Source: an uncultured delta proteobacterium (GTDB lineage Bacteria; Myxococcota_A; Polyangia; Palsa-1104). From it: a stretch of 64,000 nucleotides of DNA. The DNA is taken from assembly GCA_963785725.1 (NCBI GenBank), contig CAWAWS010000039.1, positions 448,001 through 512,000 on the forward strand, in the 5' to 3' direction. The notes beneath the pieces were generated by a model, which was given only the letters and a program-made list of their open reading frames with translations, was not told the origin of the DNA and searched no databases. Of the stretch, positions 1 through 9,301 are shown one piece after another (position 1 is the stretch's first letter; each line of letters begins with the position of its first letter). The position numbers were made by a program, and so were the translations under genes.

Positions 1-419
1 GCCAGCCGCGCCAACTGCGGATGGCTCAGCCGCTTCGCCGCCACAGTCGCCGGCAGATCGGGCGCGCGCGCCGACGGATGATGCAGCGTCGGCACCGCCG
101 CGTACAGCGCGCCCAACAGCTGCGCGGCCGCGCCGGCGTCGTCGAGCAGCGCGGCGTCGCAGTCGAACGGCGCGGCCGCGACGCCGCAGCCGATGTCGCC
201 GCCGACCGCCGCCGGATAGACGAGCCGCGTCGTCGCCGCCACCGTGCCGATGCAGACGTCGCCGGCCAGGTGCACGTCGGGCATGACGGCGATGCGGCGC
301 ACGTCGTCGGCGCGCGCCAGCCGCTGCAGCGCCGCCGCGACCTCGGCCGGCAGCGGCTCGGTCAACCACGCGTCGATCGTGGCCGCAGCAGACGTGACGG
401 TTGCCGTTTCATGCGTCAT
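1..419 (-). CDS. rtcB: RtcB-family RNA ligase, N-terminal part (runs off the window)
   Basis: Not in the ORF track. Manual translation from ATG at 419 gives MTHETATV...IAVMPDVHLAGDVCIGTVAATTRLVYPAAVGGDIGCG, with the RtcB MPDxH and VGxDIGCG motifs. ATGA overlap with the upstream stop. Confidence 0.88.
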   Translation of the reverse strand, partial: MTHETATVTSAAATIDAWLTEPLPAEVAAALQRLARADDVRRIAVMPDVHLAGDVCIGTVAATTRLVYPAAVGGDIGCGVAAAPFDCDAALLDDAGAAAQLLGALYAAVPTLHHPSARAPDLPATVAAKRLSHPQLARL

Positions 420-838
420 TCCGGCACCTCCGCTTGCAGCGCCGGCACGATGCGAAAGGCCAGCTCCGGCGTGCGTTTTCGCTGCAGCGCTTGCGCGATC
501 TCCTGCCGCAAGAAGCCACGTAATTCACCCAAATGCGCCAACAGCTTGGCGACGTCGACCGACAACGCGCCGGCCGGATACAGCGTCACCATCAGCCGCG
601 AGCCGTCGGGCGCCGGCTCGACCGACATGACCGACAAGTCGCGCACCAACGAATCGCGCGACGACGAGAGCGCGACGCCCAGCGTGCGCTCGACTTCGCG
701 GCACAGCTGCCGCGTCTTTCGTTCACTCCGTTCGTCGCGCTGCGCTTGCGGCGCACCAAAGAAGACGGACGGATCACCAATGTTACCGCACTCGTCCGGC
801 GGCGACGCGCGCCTCCGGCGATCTCGAGAAGAGCTCAT
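416..838 (-). CDS. rbfA: Ribosome-binding factor A-like protein (probably a paralog)
   Basis: C-terminus GFLRQEIAQALQRKRTPELAF resembles RbfA (GFLR..L...R..PEL.F); also V..VE.APD.S. Start set at MSSSRD after GGGAG. Not in the infB-truB context. Confidence 0.7.
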   Translation of the reverse strand: MSSSRDRRRRASPPDECGNIGDPSVFFGAPQAQRDERSERKTRQLCREVERTLGVALSSSRDSLVRDLSVMSVEPAPDGSRLMVTLYPAGALSVDVAKLLAHLGELRGFLRQEIAQALQRKRTPELAFRIVPALQAEVPE

Positions 839-853
839 GAAAACTCCCACCAG

Positions 854-873
854 GCGACGGCAAGAGCCGTCGC
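854..873. promoter_or_regulatory. Perfect 8-bp hairpin next to the rbfA-like ribosome binding site
   Basis: gcgacggc-aaga-gccgtcgc. Confidence 0.45.
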
Positions 874-933
874 GCTCGTGTCCACGACCGATTGAAATGG
901 GTGAGAGCCTGGCGGACGCGGCGGAGCGGAATG

Positions 934-984
934 CTACCGAGCGACGAAGCCGAGGCTCGACGAGAAACGAAGATTCACACGCAT
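934..984 (-). CDS. Candidate 16-aa leader peptide MRVNLRFSSSLGFVAR
   Basis: AAGGAGG (991-997 on the minus strand) lies 6 nt before the ATG. The TAG stop is about 95 nt upstream of the rbfA-like start. Confidence 0.55.
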   Translation of the reverse strand: MRVNLRFSSSLGFVAR

Positions 985-1160
985 GGTCGGCCTCCTTCGG
1001 CTTCGCGTTCGCGAGAGTGCGATGAGCGAAGCCGGCAAGGTAAAGATCGCTGCGCCAATCGTCAAGCGCGTCGTCGCAAACGGCTACGGCGACATGCGTT
1101 TCGTCACGGGTTGCGCGCGGCTCTTTTGACGCGGCGTCGGCGAACCTGGCAAGCTGAGGC

Positions 1161-2336
1161 GTGCGATTTGCTTTGGCGTCCTTCGCGGTCCTCACCGTCG
1201 CCTGTTCGGCGCCGACCGCCGTCGTCGTCGACTTGACCCTCGCCTCCGGCGATGCGACGCCGTCGACGTTGACGGCCAGCGTTTACGATCGCACGCACGC
1301 GCTGACGCTGCTGCGCACCGTGCCCGATCCGCGCTTTCCCGGCGCGCTGGCGCTGACCGGCCTGCCCGACTCCGCCGAGCCGCTGCGCATCGCCTTCGAC
1401 GACCCGGTCGCGCTCGCCGGCGTCACCGTCGAGCTCGCGCCGCATCACACGACGCACGTCGCCGCCGAGCTGACCGTCGCCACCGTCGACAGCGACTTGG
1501 ACGGCGTGTCCGACGCCATCGACAACTGCACGTTCGTCGCCAATCCCGACCAAGCCGACGCCAACGGCGACGGCACCGGCGACGCGTGCGCCGGCGGCCG
1601 CGACGCAGGCGCGAGCTCGGACTTGGCCTACGACGTCCCGCGCGATCTGTATGGGGCCGTCGCCAGCGCGTGCCCGATCGCCGGCACGACGCTGTGCGAA
1701 GGCTGGGAGAACGGCATCCCTGCGATCTGGCAGCCCGCCACCGACAACACCGTCACGTCCAGCGTCACCATCGACAGCGTGCACACCTACAAGGGCAACG
1801 GCGCGCTGCACCTGCACACCGCGGCCAAAGCCGGCGGCGTCTACACCGAGACCGACCTGGCGGAGACGGCGTCGTTCCCGCTGGCGACGGCGTACATGCG
1901 CACGTACGTCTACTTGCCGAGCGCCACCGAGCCGCTCGACTCGTCGATCTTGTCGCTCTACCAAAGCGACGCCGAGCCCTACGAAAACGCCTATCTCACG
2001 CTCGATAGCGGCGGGCACCTCGGCTTCGTGGACACGGTGGCGAAGTCGTCGCCGGTGTTGACCGCGCCGACGGCGATGCCGACCGATCGCTGGGTCTGCC
2101 TCGAGTGGTCGTTCACCGATCAGACGAGCGACATGGCCGGCGCCAGCGGCGCGCTCGACGTCTGGATCGACGGCGCCGAGGTGCCGGCGCTGCATGCGAC
2201 GATGAACGTCGCGTCGTGGCCGCCGTTCACGGAGTTCGCGCTCGCGCTCAACAACGAATCCGACCCGCGCCCGGCCGGCAGCGACATCTGGTTCGACGAG
2301 CTGGCCATCGGCCCGGCGCGCATCGGCTGCGAGTGA
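1161..2336 (+). CDS. Lipoprotein with thrombospondin type-3 Ca-binding repeat and a C-terminal beta-sandwich (lyase/Cip1-like) domain
   Basis: Lipobox LTVAC; DSDLDGVSDAIDNCTFVANPDQADANGDGTGDAC; C-terminal W.C.EW...DIWFDELAI..RIGC. Confidence 0.7.
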   Translation: MRFALASFAVLTVACSAPTAVVVDLTLASGDATPSTLTASVYDRTHALTLLRTVPDPRFPGALALTGLPDSAEPLRIAFDDPVALAGVTVELAPHHTTHVAAELTVATVDSDLDGVSDAIDNCTFVANPDQADANGDGTGDACAGGRDAGASSDLAYDVPRDLYGAVASACPIAGTTLCEGWENGIPAIWQPATDNTVTSSVTIDSVHTYKGNGALHLHTAAKAGGVYTETDLAETASFPLATAYMRTYVYLPSATEPLDSSILSLYQSDAEPYENAYLTLDSGGHLGFVDTVAKSSPVLTAPTAMPTDRWVCLEWSFTDQTSDMAGASGALDVWIDGAEVPALHATMNVASWPPFTEFALALNNESDPRPAGSDIWFDELAIGPARIGCE

Positions 2337-2506
2337 CCGAGCGTGTCAAAAATAATCACCCGTCTTCGATGTATAAGTACATGAAACAGCTGACCTTGCG
2401 ATTGACGCAGCCGGGTAAGTTGCGATTACATCTGACCAAACAGTCAGGCGGAACTATCTATTGAATAAGGTATGATGTTCGTCGTCGTACCAGCGTGGAG
2501 GAAGTC

Positions 2507-3283
2507 ATGAAGACCCTGCAGATTGCGTCGCTCTCGCTCGTCCTGTTCGGATCGGGCTTGGCGTCCGCTCAAGAGCCGGCGGAAGACGCCCAGCCGCAGG
2601 CGATCCAACCGGCATCGCCACAACCGACCATGCAGCCGCCGGCGCCGCGCGTCGTGCCCGCGCCGCCGCAAACGCAGCAGCAGCAAATCGCCGTCGAGCC
2701 ACAGGCGCAGCAGCAGGCGCCTGCGAACGGCCAGTGGGTGTACACGCAGCAGAACGGCTGGCTGTGGATGCCCTATGGCCAGGAATATATGTCGCAGACG
2801 ACGGACGCCGAGGGCGCGCCCTACGAATATGTCTACGAGCCTAGCTACGGCTGGAACTGGGTCGCGGCGCCGTGGACGATCGGCATCGGCGTGAGCCCGT
2901 TCTTCGGCGTCTACGGTCCGGGCCGCTTCGGCTGGTACCATCCCGGCTTCTACACGCCGGGCTGGGCTTACGCGCACGGCTACGGTCGCGGTTACGGCTA
3001 CGGGGGTCGCGGCTTCTACGGTCACGGCGGTTACTACGGCGGCTATCGCGGCGCGCCGGCGTTCCGCGCCGGTGTCGGCGTCGGCTTCCGCGGCGCGCCC
3101 GGCGTGTATCGCGGCGGCGTCGGCTTCCGCGGCCCGTCGGTGGGCGTCGGCTTCCGCGGTCCGGTCGGCGGCGGCTTTCACGGCGCGGTCGGCGGCGGCT
3201 TCCACGGGGGTGGCGGCTTCCACGGCGGCGGCGGCGGCGGCTTCCACGGCGGTGGCGGCGGTCACGGCGGCGGTCACCGCTAA
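2507..3283 (+). CDS. Secreted protein with a Gln/Pro-rich linker, a Trp/Tyr-rich core and a Gly-rich GF[RH]G-repeat tail
   Basis: GGAGG before ATG 2507; signal peptide ending ASA-Q; low-complexity tail. Confidence 0.75.
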   Translation: MKTLQIASLSLVLFGSGLASAQEPAEDAQPQAIQPASPQPTMQPPAPRVVPAPPQTQQQQIAVEPQAQQQAPANGQWVYTQQNGWLWMPYGQEYMSQTTDAEGAPYEYVYEPSYGWNWVAAPWTIGIGVSPFFGVYGPGRFGWYHPGFYTPGWAYAHGYGRGYGYGGRGFYGHGGYYGGYRGAPAFRAGVGVGFRGAPGVYRGGVGFRGPSVGVGFRGPVGGGFHGAVGGGFHGGGGFHGGGGGGFHGGGGGHGGGHR

Positions 3284-3461
3284 CCAGCCCGCAGCATCAC
3301 CCGCAGCGATCGCGTAACACTCGCAACAAACCCCTCATTTCACGCTCGAGAAGTACCGCGCGGCCGAGACGGCAAGGCCGCGCGGTCGCTGCGCCGTCGG
3401 CACGTCCGCGGCGGGGCGCGGCAGTTAGACAAGGCCGCGCGGTCGCTGATATAATCGAAGG

Positions 3462-3749
3462 ATGCGGCTTCTCTTAATCCTAGCGCTGGGCCTCGGGGTC
3501 ATCGGCTGCGGCGACGACGACATGAAGCCCACCGTCGACGCGTCGCTGCCTCGCTGTGCGGGCCAGCCCAACCAAGGCGGGCTCTGCTCGCCCGACGTCA
3601 ACCAGCCGTGCGTCGACGCGTCGCTGCTCTTGTGCTCGTGCGAGTGCGGCTTCTTGTGGATCTGCGGCCTCAACATCGCCTGCGACATGGGCACGGTCAC
3701 GATCACGCCGCTCGACATGACCGGCGTCGACCTCTCCAGCCACGATTAG
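3462..3749 (+). CDS. Small Cys-rich lipoprotein
   Basis: Lipobox GVIGC followed by 8 further Cys. Confidence 0.65.
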   Translation: MRLLLILALGLGVIGCGDDDMKPTVDASLPRCAGQPNQGGLCSPDVNQPCVDASLLLCSCECGFLWICGLNIACDMGTVTITPLDMTGVDLSSHD

Positions 3750-3806
3750 CGCTGCCTACGATGCGGTTTCGCGTCCGCATTTCGTGGTAGGAGAACGATC
3801 CCTCAA

Positions 3807-5051
3807 ATGGCGTCTTGCGGACTCGATTTCGGCACCAGCAACAGCACCGTCGCGCTGCCGTCGGGGCAAGCGCTCCCCATCGATCCCAACGCGCCGTCGC
3901 CGCGGCTGTTTCGTTCGGTGCTGTTCTTTCCCGAAGAGGCCAAGAACGTGCTCGCCGGGTTCGCGGCCATCGAGGAGTATCTCGAGCGCTCCGAAGGTCG
4001 CTTCATTCAGTCGGTCAAAGGCTGGCTGCCGTCGACGTCGTTCACGGCGACGCAGATTCGCAACAAGGCGTTCAAGCTCGAGGATCTGATCGCGCTACTG
4101 CTGCGGCGGATTCGCGAAGCGGCCGAGAGCGCGGCCGGCACGACGCTCGAAGAGGTGACGCTCGGTAGGCCGGCGGTGTTCTCGCCCGACGCCGCCGCCG
4201 ACGCGCACGCCGAGGCGCGCCTGCGCCGCGCGGCCGAGCTGGCCGGCTTCCGCGACATTCGCTTCCTCATCGAGCCGATCGCGGCGGCCTTGGCGTACGA
4301 AGCGACGCTGACGCACGACGAATTGGTGCTCGTGGCCGACTTCGGCGCCGGCACGTCGGACCTGACGCTGATGCGGCTCGGTCCCGGTCGCGGCGGCGCG
4401 CGCGATCGGCGCGCCGACGTCGTGGCATCGGGCGGCATCGACATCGGCGGCGATCGCTTCGACGCCGCCATCATGCGGCACAAGCTCTTGCGGCACTTCG
4501 GCGCCGGATCGACGTACGAGCAGCAGGGCAAGCAGATGCCGATCCCCAATCACATCTTGGGGAAGCTGCTGTCGTGGCACGAGATGTCGTTCATTCGCGA
4601 GCGCTCGACGCAGCAGCTCATCGATCGCATGCTGTACGCGAGCGACAACGTGCCGGCGATCGAGGCGCTGTACGATCTCGTCGAGGAGAACTTGGGCTAT
4701 CGGCTGTTTCGCGCGATCGAGGCGGCCAAGATTCGCCTGTCGGCGGGCGACGCGACGACGATCGACTTCGAAGAGGCGCGCATCAGCATTCACGAGCCGA
4801 TCACGCGCGCCGAGTTCGAGCAGTTCTCGGCGCCGCTGTTGGCCGGTTTGGCGACGACGACGCAGGAAGTGCTCGACCGCGCGCAAGTGGCGCCTAGCGC
4901 GATCGATTCGGTGTTCTTGACCGGCGGCTCGTCGCAGATTCCGGCGGTGCGGCGGCTGTTCGGGCAGCAGTTCGGCGACGCCAAGCTGCGCACGGCCGAC
5001 GCGTTCACCAGCGTCGCCGAAGGCCTCGGCCGCAGCGCCGGCGCGCGGTAA
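3807..5051 (+). CDS. yegD: Hsp70-family ATPase lacking the substrate-binding domain (YegD-like)
   Basis: GLDFGTSNS, EPIAAA, DFGAGTSD, IGGDRFD, VFLTGGSS; 414 aa. Confidence 0.85.
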   Translation: MASCGLDFGTSNSTVALPSGQALPIDPNAPSPRLFRSVLFFPEEAKNVLAGFAAIEEYLERSEGRFIQSVKGWLPSTSFTATQIRNKAFKLEDLIALLLRRIREAAESAAGTTLEEVTLGRPAVFSPDAAADAHAEARLRRAAELAGFRDIRFLIEPIAAALAYEATLTHDELVLVADFGAGTSDLTLMRLGPGRGGARDRRADVVASGGIDIGGDRFDAAIMRHKLLRHFGAGSTYEQQGKQMPIPNHILGKLLSWHEMSFIRERSTQQLIDRMLYASDNVPAIEALYDLVEENLGYRLFRAIEAAKIRLSAGDATTIDFEEARISIHEPITRAEFEQFSAPLLAGLATTTQEVLDRAQVAPSAIDSVFLTGGSSQIPAVRRLFGQQFGDAKLRTADAFTSVAEGLGRSAGAR

Positions 5052-5267
5052 AGCCAAGCATCGCTTCAGCCATTTCGCCTACCGTTCGATCTAACTGGAC
5101 GTTCGTCGCGCCTAGTCTAGTCGGCGTAGCCAAACGCGCTCGATCGGGCGCGACGCTGGCTTCTCCGGCGCGAACGAAGTGGCCGGGCGCGACTGCAAAC
5201 GAACGTGCGCGACGGTTGATCGCGCGCACACGAGGCCCCGATTTGGCGCGCGGGTACACTCACGAGG

Positions 5268-5564
5268 ATGGCCAAGCTCATCGATTGTGCGACGTGCGGC
5301 GGGCTGATTCCGGCGGATCGACGCTGCTGTCCCCATTGCCATTGTAAGACTTCGTTGTGGAAGCATTGGGCGCTGGCGCTGTCGGCCGCGCTCGGGCTCG
5401 GCGCCGCCGGCTGCGACTCGACGACGGTTGTCACGCACTACGGCGGCGCGATGATCGGCGGTGGCGGCGGAAGCAGCGGCGGCGGCGGCACGATCGCGCG
5501 CGACATGGCCGTGCCCGACTCGAGCGGCGGCGACGACGCGGGGAATCCCGACGGCGGCAAGTGA
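5268..5564 (+). CDS. Putative radical SAM substrate: zinc ribbon + lipobox + HYG motif + Gly-rich tail
   Basis: CATC...CPHC, hydrophobic stretch ending GAAGC, then TTVVTHYGG. Its stop overlaps the rSAM GTG. Confidence 0.7.
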   Translation: MAKLIDCATCGGLIPADRRCCPHCHCKTSLWKHWALALSAALGLGAAGCDSTTVVTHYGGAMIGGGGGSSGGGGTIARDMAVPDSSGGDDAGNPDGGK

Positions 5565-6811
5565 CCGACGAGCTCGTGCAGCTGCGGCAGTCGTCGCGGC
5601 GGCCCGATCACGCGCGCGCTGAGCATCCGCGTTATGTCGTGTGGGAGCTGACGCTGAAGTGCGATCAGCGCTGCGCGCACTGCGGCTCGCGCGCGGCCGA
5701 GGCGCGCGACGACGAGCTGACGACGGACGAGGCGCTCGACGTCGTGCGCCAGCTTCAGGCGGCGGGCGCGCAAGAGGTGACGCTCATCGGCGGCGAGGCC
5801 TATTTGCACGCGGGATTCCTCGCCGTCGCGCGCGCCGTCGTCGCCGCCGGCATGCGCCTGACGATGACGACCGGTGGCCGCGCGCTCACCGCCGAATTGG
5901 CCGCGCAGCTGGCCGCCGTCGGCATGTACTCGGTCGCCGTCAGCGTCGACGGGCTGCGCGCCACGCACGATCTCGTGCGCGCGCGGCGCGGCAGCTTCGA
6001 TGACGCGCTGGCGGCCATCGCCCACGTGCGCGCGGCCGGGTTGCCGGCCGGCTGCAACACGGTCGTCAATCGGCTGAACGTCGACGAGCTGGAGACGCTG
6101 TTCGAGACGCTGGTGGCGGCGGGAATTCGCGGCTGGCAGGTGCAGCTGGTCGTGCCGATGGGGCGCGCCGCCGACCGACCGGACCTCTTGCTGCAGCCGT
6201 GGCAGCTGCTCGAGCTGGTGCCGCGGATCGCGCGGCTCAAAGAGCGCGCCTTCGCCGCCGGCATCCTGCTCATGCCCGGCAATAATGTCGGTTACTACAG
6301 CCGCGACGAGAAGCTCTTGCGCTCGGTCGAGCCCGGCGGCCGCGATCATTGGCGCGGCTGTCAGGCCGGCCGCTTCGTCATGGGCATCGAGTCGAACGGC
6401 GCCGTCAAAGGCTGCCCGTCCTTGCCGACGCGCGGGTACGTCGGCGGCAACGTGCGCGACCGCTCGCTGGCCAGCATCTGGGACGACACGCCCGAGCTCG
6501 CCTTCGCCCGCGTCCGTACCGTCGACGATTTGTGGGGCTTTTGTCGCAGCTGCCCGTTCGCCGAGAGCTGCCTCGCCGGCTGCACGTTCACGACGCATTC
6601 GTTGCTCGGTCGCCCCGGCAATAATGTCTATTGTCATTATAGGGCCAAGACGTTGGCCGCCGAGGGCTTGCGCGAGCGGCTGGTGCCGGCGGCGCGCGCG
6701 CCGGGCGAGCCGTTCGATTACGGCCGCTACGACATCGTGTGTGAACCGATCGACGCGCCGGCGCCGCCGCCCGCGCGGGGCCTGGCCGCATTGCGCGTCT
6801 GGCGCGGCTGA
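5561..6811 (+). CDS. Radical SAM/SPASM peptide maturase, PlpX/splicease-like
   Basis: VVWELTLKCDQRCAHCGSRA (CxxxCxxC); SPASM GCQAG..VKGCPSL..FCRSC..CLAGC; C-terminal GRPGNNVYCHYRA. GTG start overlaps the precursor stop. Confidence 0.88.
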   Translation: MTDELVQLRQSSRRPDHARAEHPRYVVWELTLKCDQRCAHCGSRAAEARDDELTTDEALDVVRQLQAAGAQEVTLIGGEAYLHAGFLAVARAVVAAGMRLTMTTGGRALTAELAAQLAAVGMYSVAVSVDGLRATHDLVRARRGSFDDALAAIAHVRAAGLPAGCNTVVNRLNVDELETLFETLVAAGIRGWQVQLVVPMGRAADRPDLLLQPWQLLELVPRIARLKERAFAAGILLMPGNNVGYYSRDEKLLRSVEPGGRDHWRGCQAGRFVMGIESNGAVKGCPSLPTRGYVGGNVRDRSLASIWDDTPELAFARVRTVDDLWGFCRSCPFAESCLAGCTFTTHSLLGRPGNNVYCHYRAKTLAAEGLRERLVPAARAPGEPFDYGRYDIVCEPIDAPAPPPARGLAALRVWRG

Positions 6812-6940
6812 TCCTCGGCGCCGCCGGCGGCGCCACGAATCACGGCGAGCTCGTAGGCGCGCCAATAATGACGGGAATCGCGGTTAATTTTTCGTCGCGC
6901 AGGCGATGACGCGAATTGCGGCTGCGCGGCGCGCTGGGGA

Positions 6941-7741
6941 TTAGGCGAATTGCGGCTGCGCGGCGCAGACGGCCGCGAAATCGGCGGGCGCATCCGACGG
7001 GCGCGGCGCGTCGGCGCGCGCGAGGCGTTCGAGCCAGCGACGGTCGAGCGGGCGCGCCAAATCGGCGGCGACGACGGCGGCGGCGGTCGTTTGCGCCTTG
7101 TCGCCGATGGGATCGCCGACGCCGACGGCCCAGCCGGCGACGAGCAGCGCCACGCGCGTCGCCGTCGACGCGCTGTAGGTCACGAGCGTGCAGCGCGGGC
7201 CGGCCGTGGCGCGCAGCGCGCGGAAGGCGGCGATCGTCCACAGCGACGGGTTGGCGCGCGGCGAAAACGGATCCCAGAAGACGATGTCGGCGCGCTCGGT
7301 CTCGCGGTGCAGGCAGTCGAGCAGCTCGCCGTGACGGAGCAGCCAGCGGGTGCGTGCGTCTTCATGGCCGCCGTCGGCGAGGAGGGTGCGCGCGGCGTGG
7401 CCGTGGTCGCCGTCGAGGCCGAAGGCGGCGGCGTGGTCGAGCGCCAGCGTCAACGCGCCCAAGTCGCGCTCGAAGCTGACGAGGTGCAGCTGTGCGGCGT
7501 CGTGTGGCGCGCGGGCGGATTCGGCGCGCGCGGCGACGGCGTTCGAGCCCGCGCCGAGGCCGACGTCGAAGACGACGAGCGGCGCCGTCGCGTCGCGCAG
7601 GCGGTCGCCGAGTCGGGACTGCTGCACGTAGAGCCGGTCGGCCTCGACGAGCGGGCCGACGCCGGGATGCATGACCTCGCCCGCGTCCAAGGAGCGCATG
7701 GCGAGCGTGCCGCCGCGCGTGCGGACGACTTCGTGGGTCAT
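6941..7741 (-). CDS. MnmC-type SAM methyltransferase (MnmD domain only)
   Basis: VFDVGLGAGSN, FWDPFSPRANPSLW, LVTYSAS. The ORF extension upstream of MTHEVV is repeat sequence. Confidence 0.8.
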   Translation of the reverse strand: MTHEVVRTRGGTLAMRSLDAGEVMHPGVGPLVEADRLYVQQSRLGDRLRDATAPLVVFDVGLGAGSNAVAARAESARAPHDAAQLHLVSFERDLGALTLALDHAAAFGLDGDHGHAARTLLADGGHEDARTRWLLRHGELLDCLHRETERADIVFWDPFSPRANPSLWTIAAFRALRATAGPRCTLVTYSASTATRVALLVAGWAVGVGDPIGDKAQTTAAAVVAADLARPLDRRWLERLARADAPRPSDAPADFAAVCAAQPQFA

Positions 7742-8165
7742 GCGCGCGCTCGACGGCGGAGCGGGCGCGTCATTCGGCACGCGATGCGCGCCCGATGGCC
7801 TGCGTGGCGCGTCATCGGACGCGGCTGTAGCGGTTGCGCGGCGAGCGCGACGCGGTTGCGCGGCGAGCGCGACGCGGTTGCCTGGCGAGCGCGACGCGGT
7901 TGTGCGGCGAGCGCGACGCGGGCGCGCGGTTCGCGAGCATGGGCGCGCCGTGCGAGTCGCGCGGCGCGAGCGCGGCGGGTTCGTCGTTCGCGAACATGGG
8001 TTCGCGGCGTGCGTCGCGCGGCGAGCGCGAAGCCGGCATGCAGCTCGCACGGCGTGCGTCGCGCGGCGAGCGCGAAGCCGGCGTGCAGCTCGCGAAAATG
8101 AGCGCGCGGCGTGGGCTCAGCGACGAGCGCGACGCCGACGCGCGCGTCGCGCTCGAGCGTTCGCC
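7742..8165. repeat. Degenerate GC-rich tandem repeats between tgt and the MnmC-type gene
   Basis: Core gcgcggcgagcgcga recurs many times; near-perfect 45-bp pair at ~8005 and ~8050. Confidence 0.75.
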
Positions 8166-8170
8166 GCAGA

Positions 8171-9301
8171 TCAGGCGCGCACCTCGGCGTGCTCGTGCCG
8201 GTCGATGCGCGCCAGCTTGTCGCGCGCGAACGCCGCGTACTCCCCCGCGTCGATGGCCGCGCGCACATCGCGCATCAGCTGCAAATAATGGTGCAGATTG
8301 TGCGTCGTCAACAGCCGCGGACCGAGCGGCTCGCCGCACTTCAGGAGGTGGAACAGATAGGCGCGGCTGAAGCGGGCGCAGGTCGAGCAGGCGCATTCGG
8401 CGTCGAGCGGCGCCTCCGAGCTGCGATATTCGGTGCGGCTGATCTTCACGCGGCCCGTCGACGTGAAGGCCGTGCCCTGCCAGGCGAGCGACGTCGGGAT
8501 GACGCAATCGAACATGTCGACGCCCCAGCCGACGGCGCGCAAGAGGTCGGGCGGCGTGCCGACGCCCATGAGGTAACGAGGACGATCGACCGGCAATAGA
8601 TCGGCGGCGAGCGCCGTCATCTCCTCGCGCTGCTCGCGCGTGTCGCCGACGGCCAGGCCGCCGATGGCGAAGCCGTCGAACGGATGCTCGCACAAGAACT
8701 GCACCGACTCTTGGCGCAGCTGCGGCACGACGCCGCCTTGCACGATCGCGAACAGCGCCTGCTCGGTCGTGCGCGCGGCTAGGCTGCGCAGCGCCCAGCG
8801 ATGCGTGCGCTCCATCGCGGCGCGCATCGTCGGCTCGTCGGCGGTGGAGTCGATGCACTCGTCGAGGACCATCATGATGTCGGAGCCGATGGCGGTCTGC
8901 ATTTCGATCGAGCGTTCGGGCGACAGCAGATGCGGGCGGCCGTCGATGTAGCTGCGGAAACGCGCGCCCTCTTCGGTCATGACGCGATTCGAGGGCAGCG
9001 AGAAGATCTGATAGCCGCCGGAATCGGTGAGCACCGGGCGCGGCCACTGCATGAACTGATGGATGCCGCCGAACTGCCGAAACAGCTCGGGACCCGGACG
9101 CAGCAAGAGGTGATAGGTGTTGGCGAGGACGATGGGCGCATCGAGGGCGAGCATTTCGTCCGACGACAGGCCGGTGACGGTCGCGCGCGTGCCGACGGCT
9201 TGGAAGACGGGCGTCTCGACGCTGCCGTGCGCGGTGTGGAAGGTGCCGCGACGGGCGCGCGAGCCCGGATCCCGGGCGCCGAGGGTGAAACGGAACGACA
9301 T
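8171..9301 (-). CDS. tgt: tRNA-guanine transglycosylase
   Basis: LANTYHL, LTDSGGYQIFSL, FAIVQGG, PRYLMGVG, GVDMFDCV, Zn site CACSTC...HNL. Confidence 0.96.
   Translation of the reverse strand: MSFRFTLGARDPGSRARRGTFHTAHGSVETPVFQAVGTRATVTGLSSDEMLALDAPIVLANTYHLLLRPGPELFRQFGGIHQFMQWPRPVLTDSGGYQIFSLPSNRVMTEEGARFRSYIDGRPHLLSPERSIEMQTAIGSDIMMVLDECIDSTADEPTMRAAMERTHRWALRSLAARTTEQALFAIVQGGVVPQLRQESVQFLCEHPFDGFAIGGLAVGDTREQREEMTALAADLLPVDRPRYLMGVGTPPDLLRAVGWGVDMFDCVIPTSLAWQGTAFTSTGRVKISRTEYRSSEAPLDAECACSTCARFSRAYLFHLLKCGEPLGPRLLTTHNLHHYLQLMRDVRAAIDAGEYAAFARDKLARIDRHEHAEVRA

Noticed and set aside
2930..3050. YG-rich segment as an extra splicease substrate
   Set aside because: YG is expected in Gly/Tyr low-complexity sequence, and the gene is separated from the rSAM by unrelated genes.
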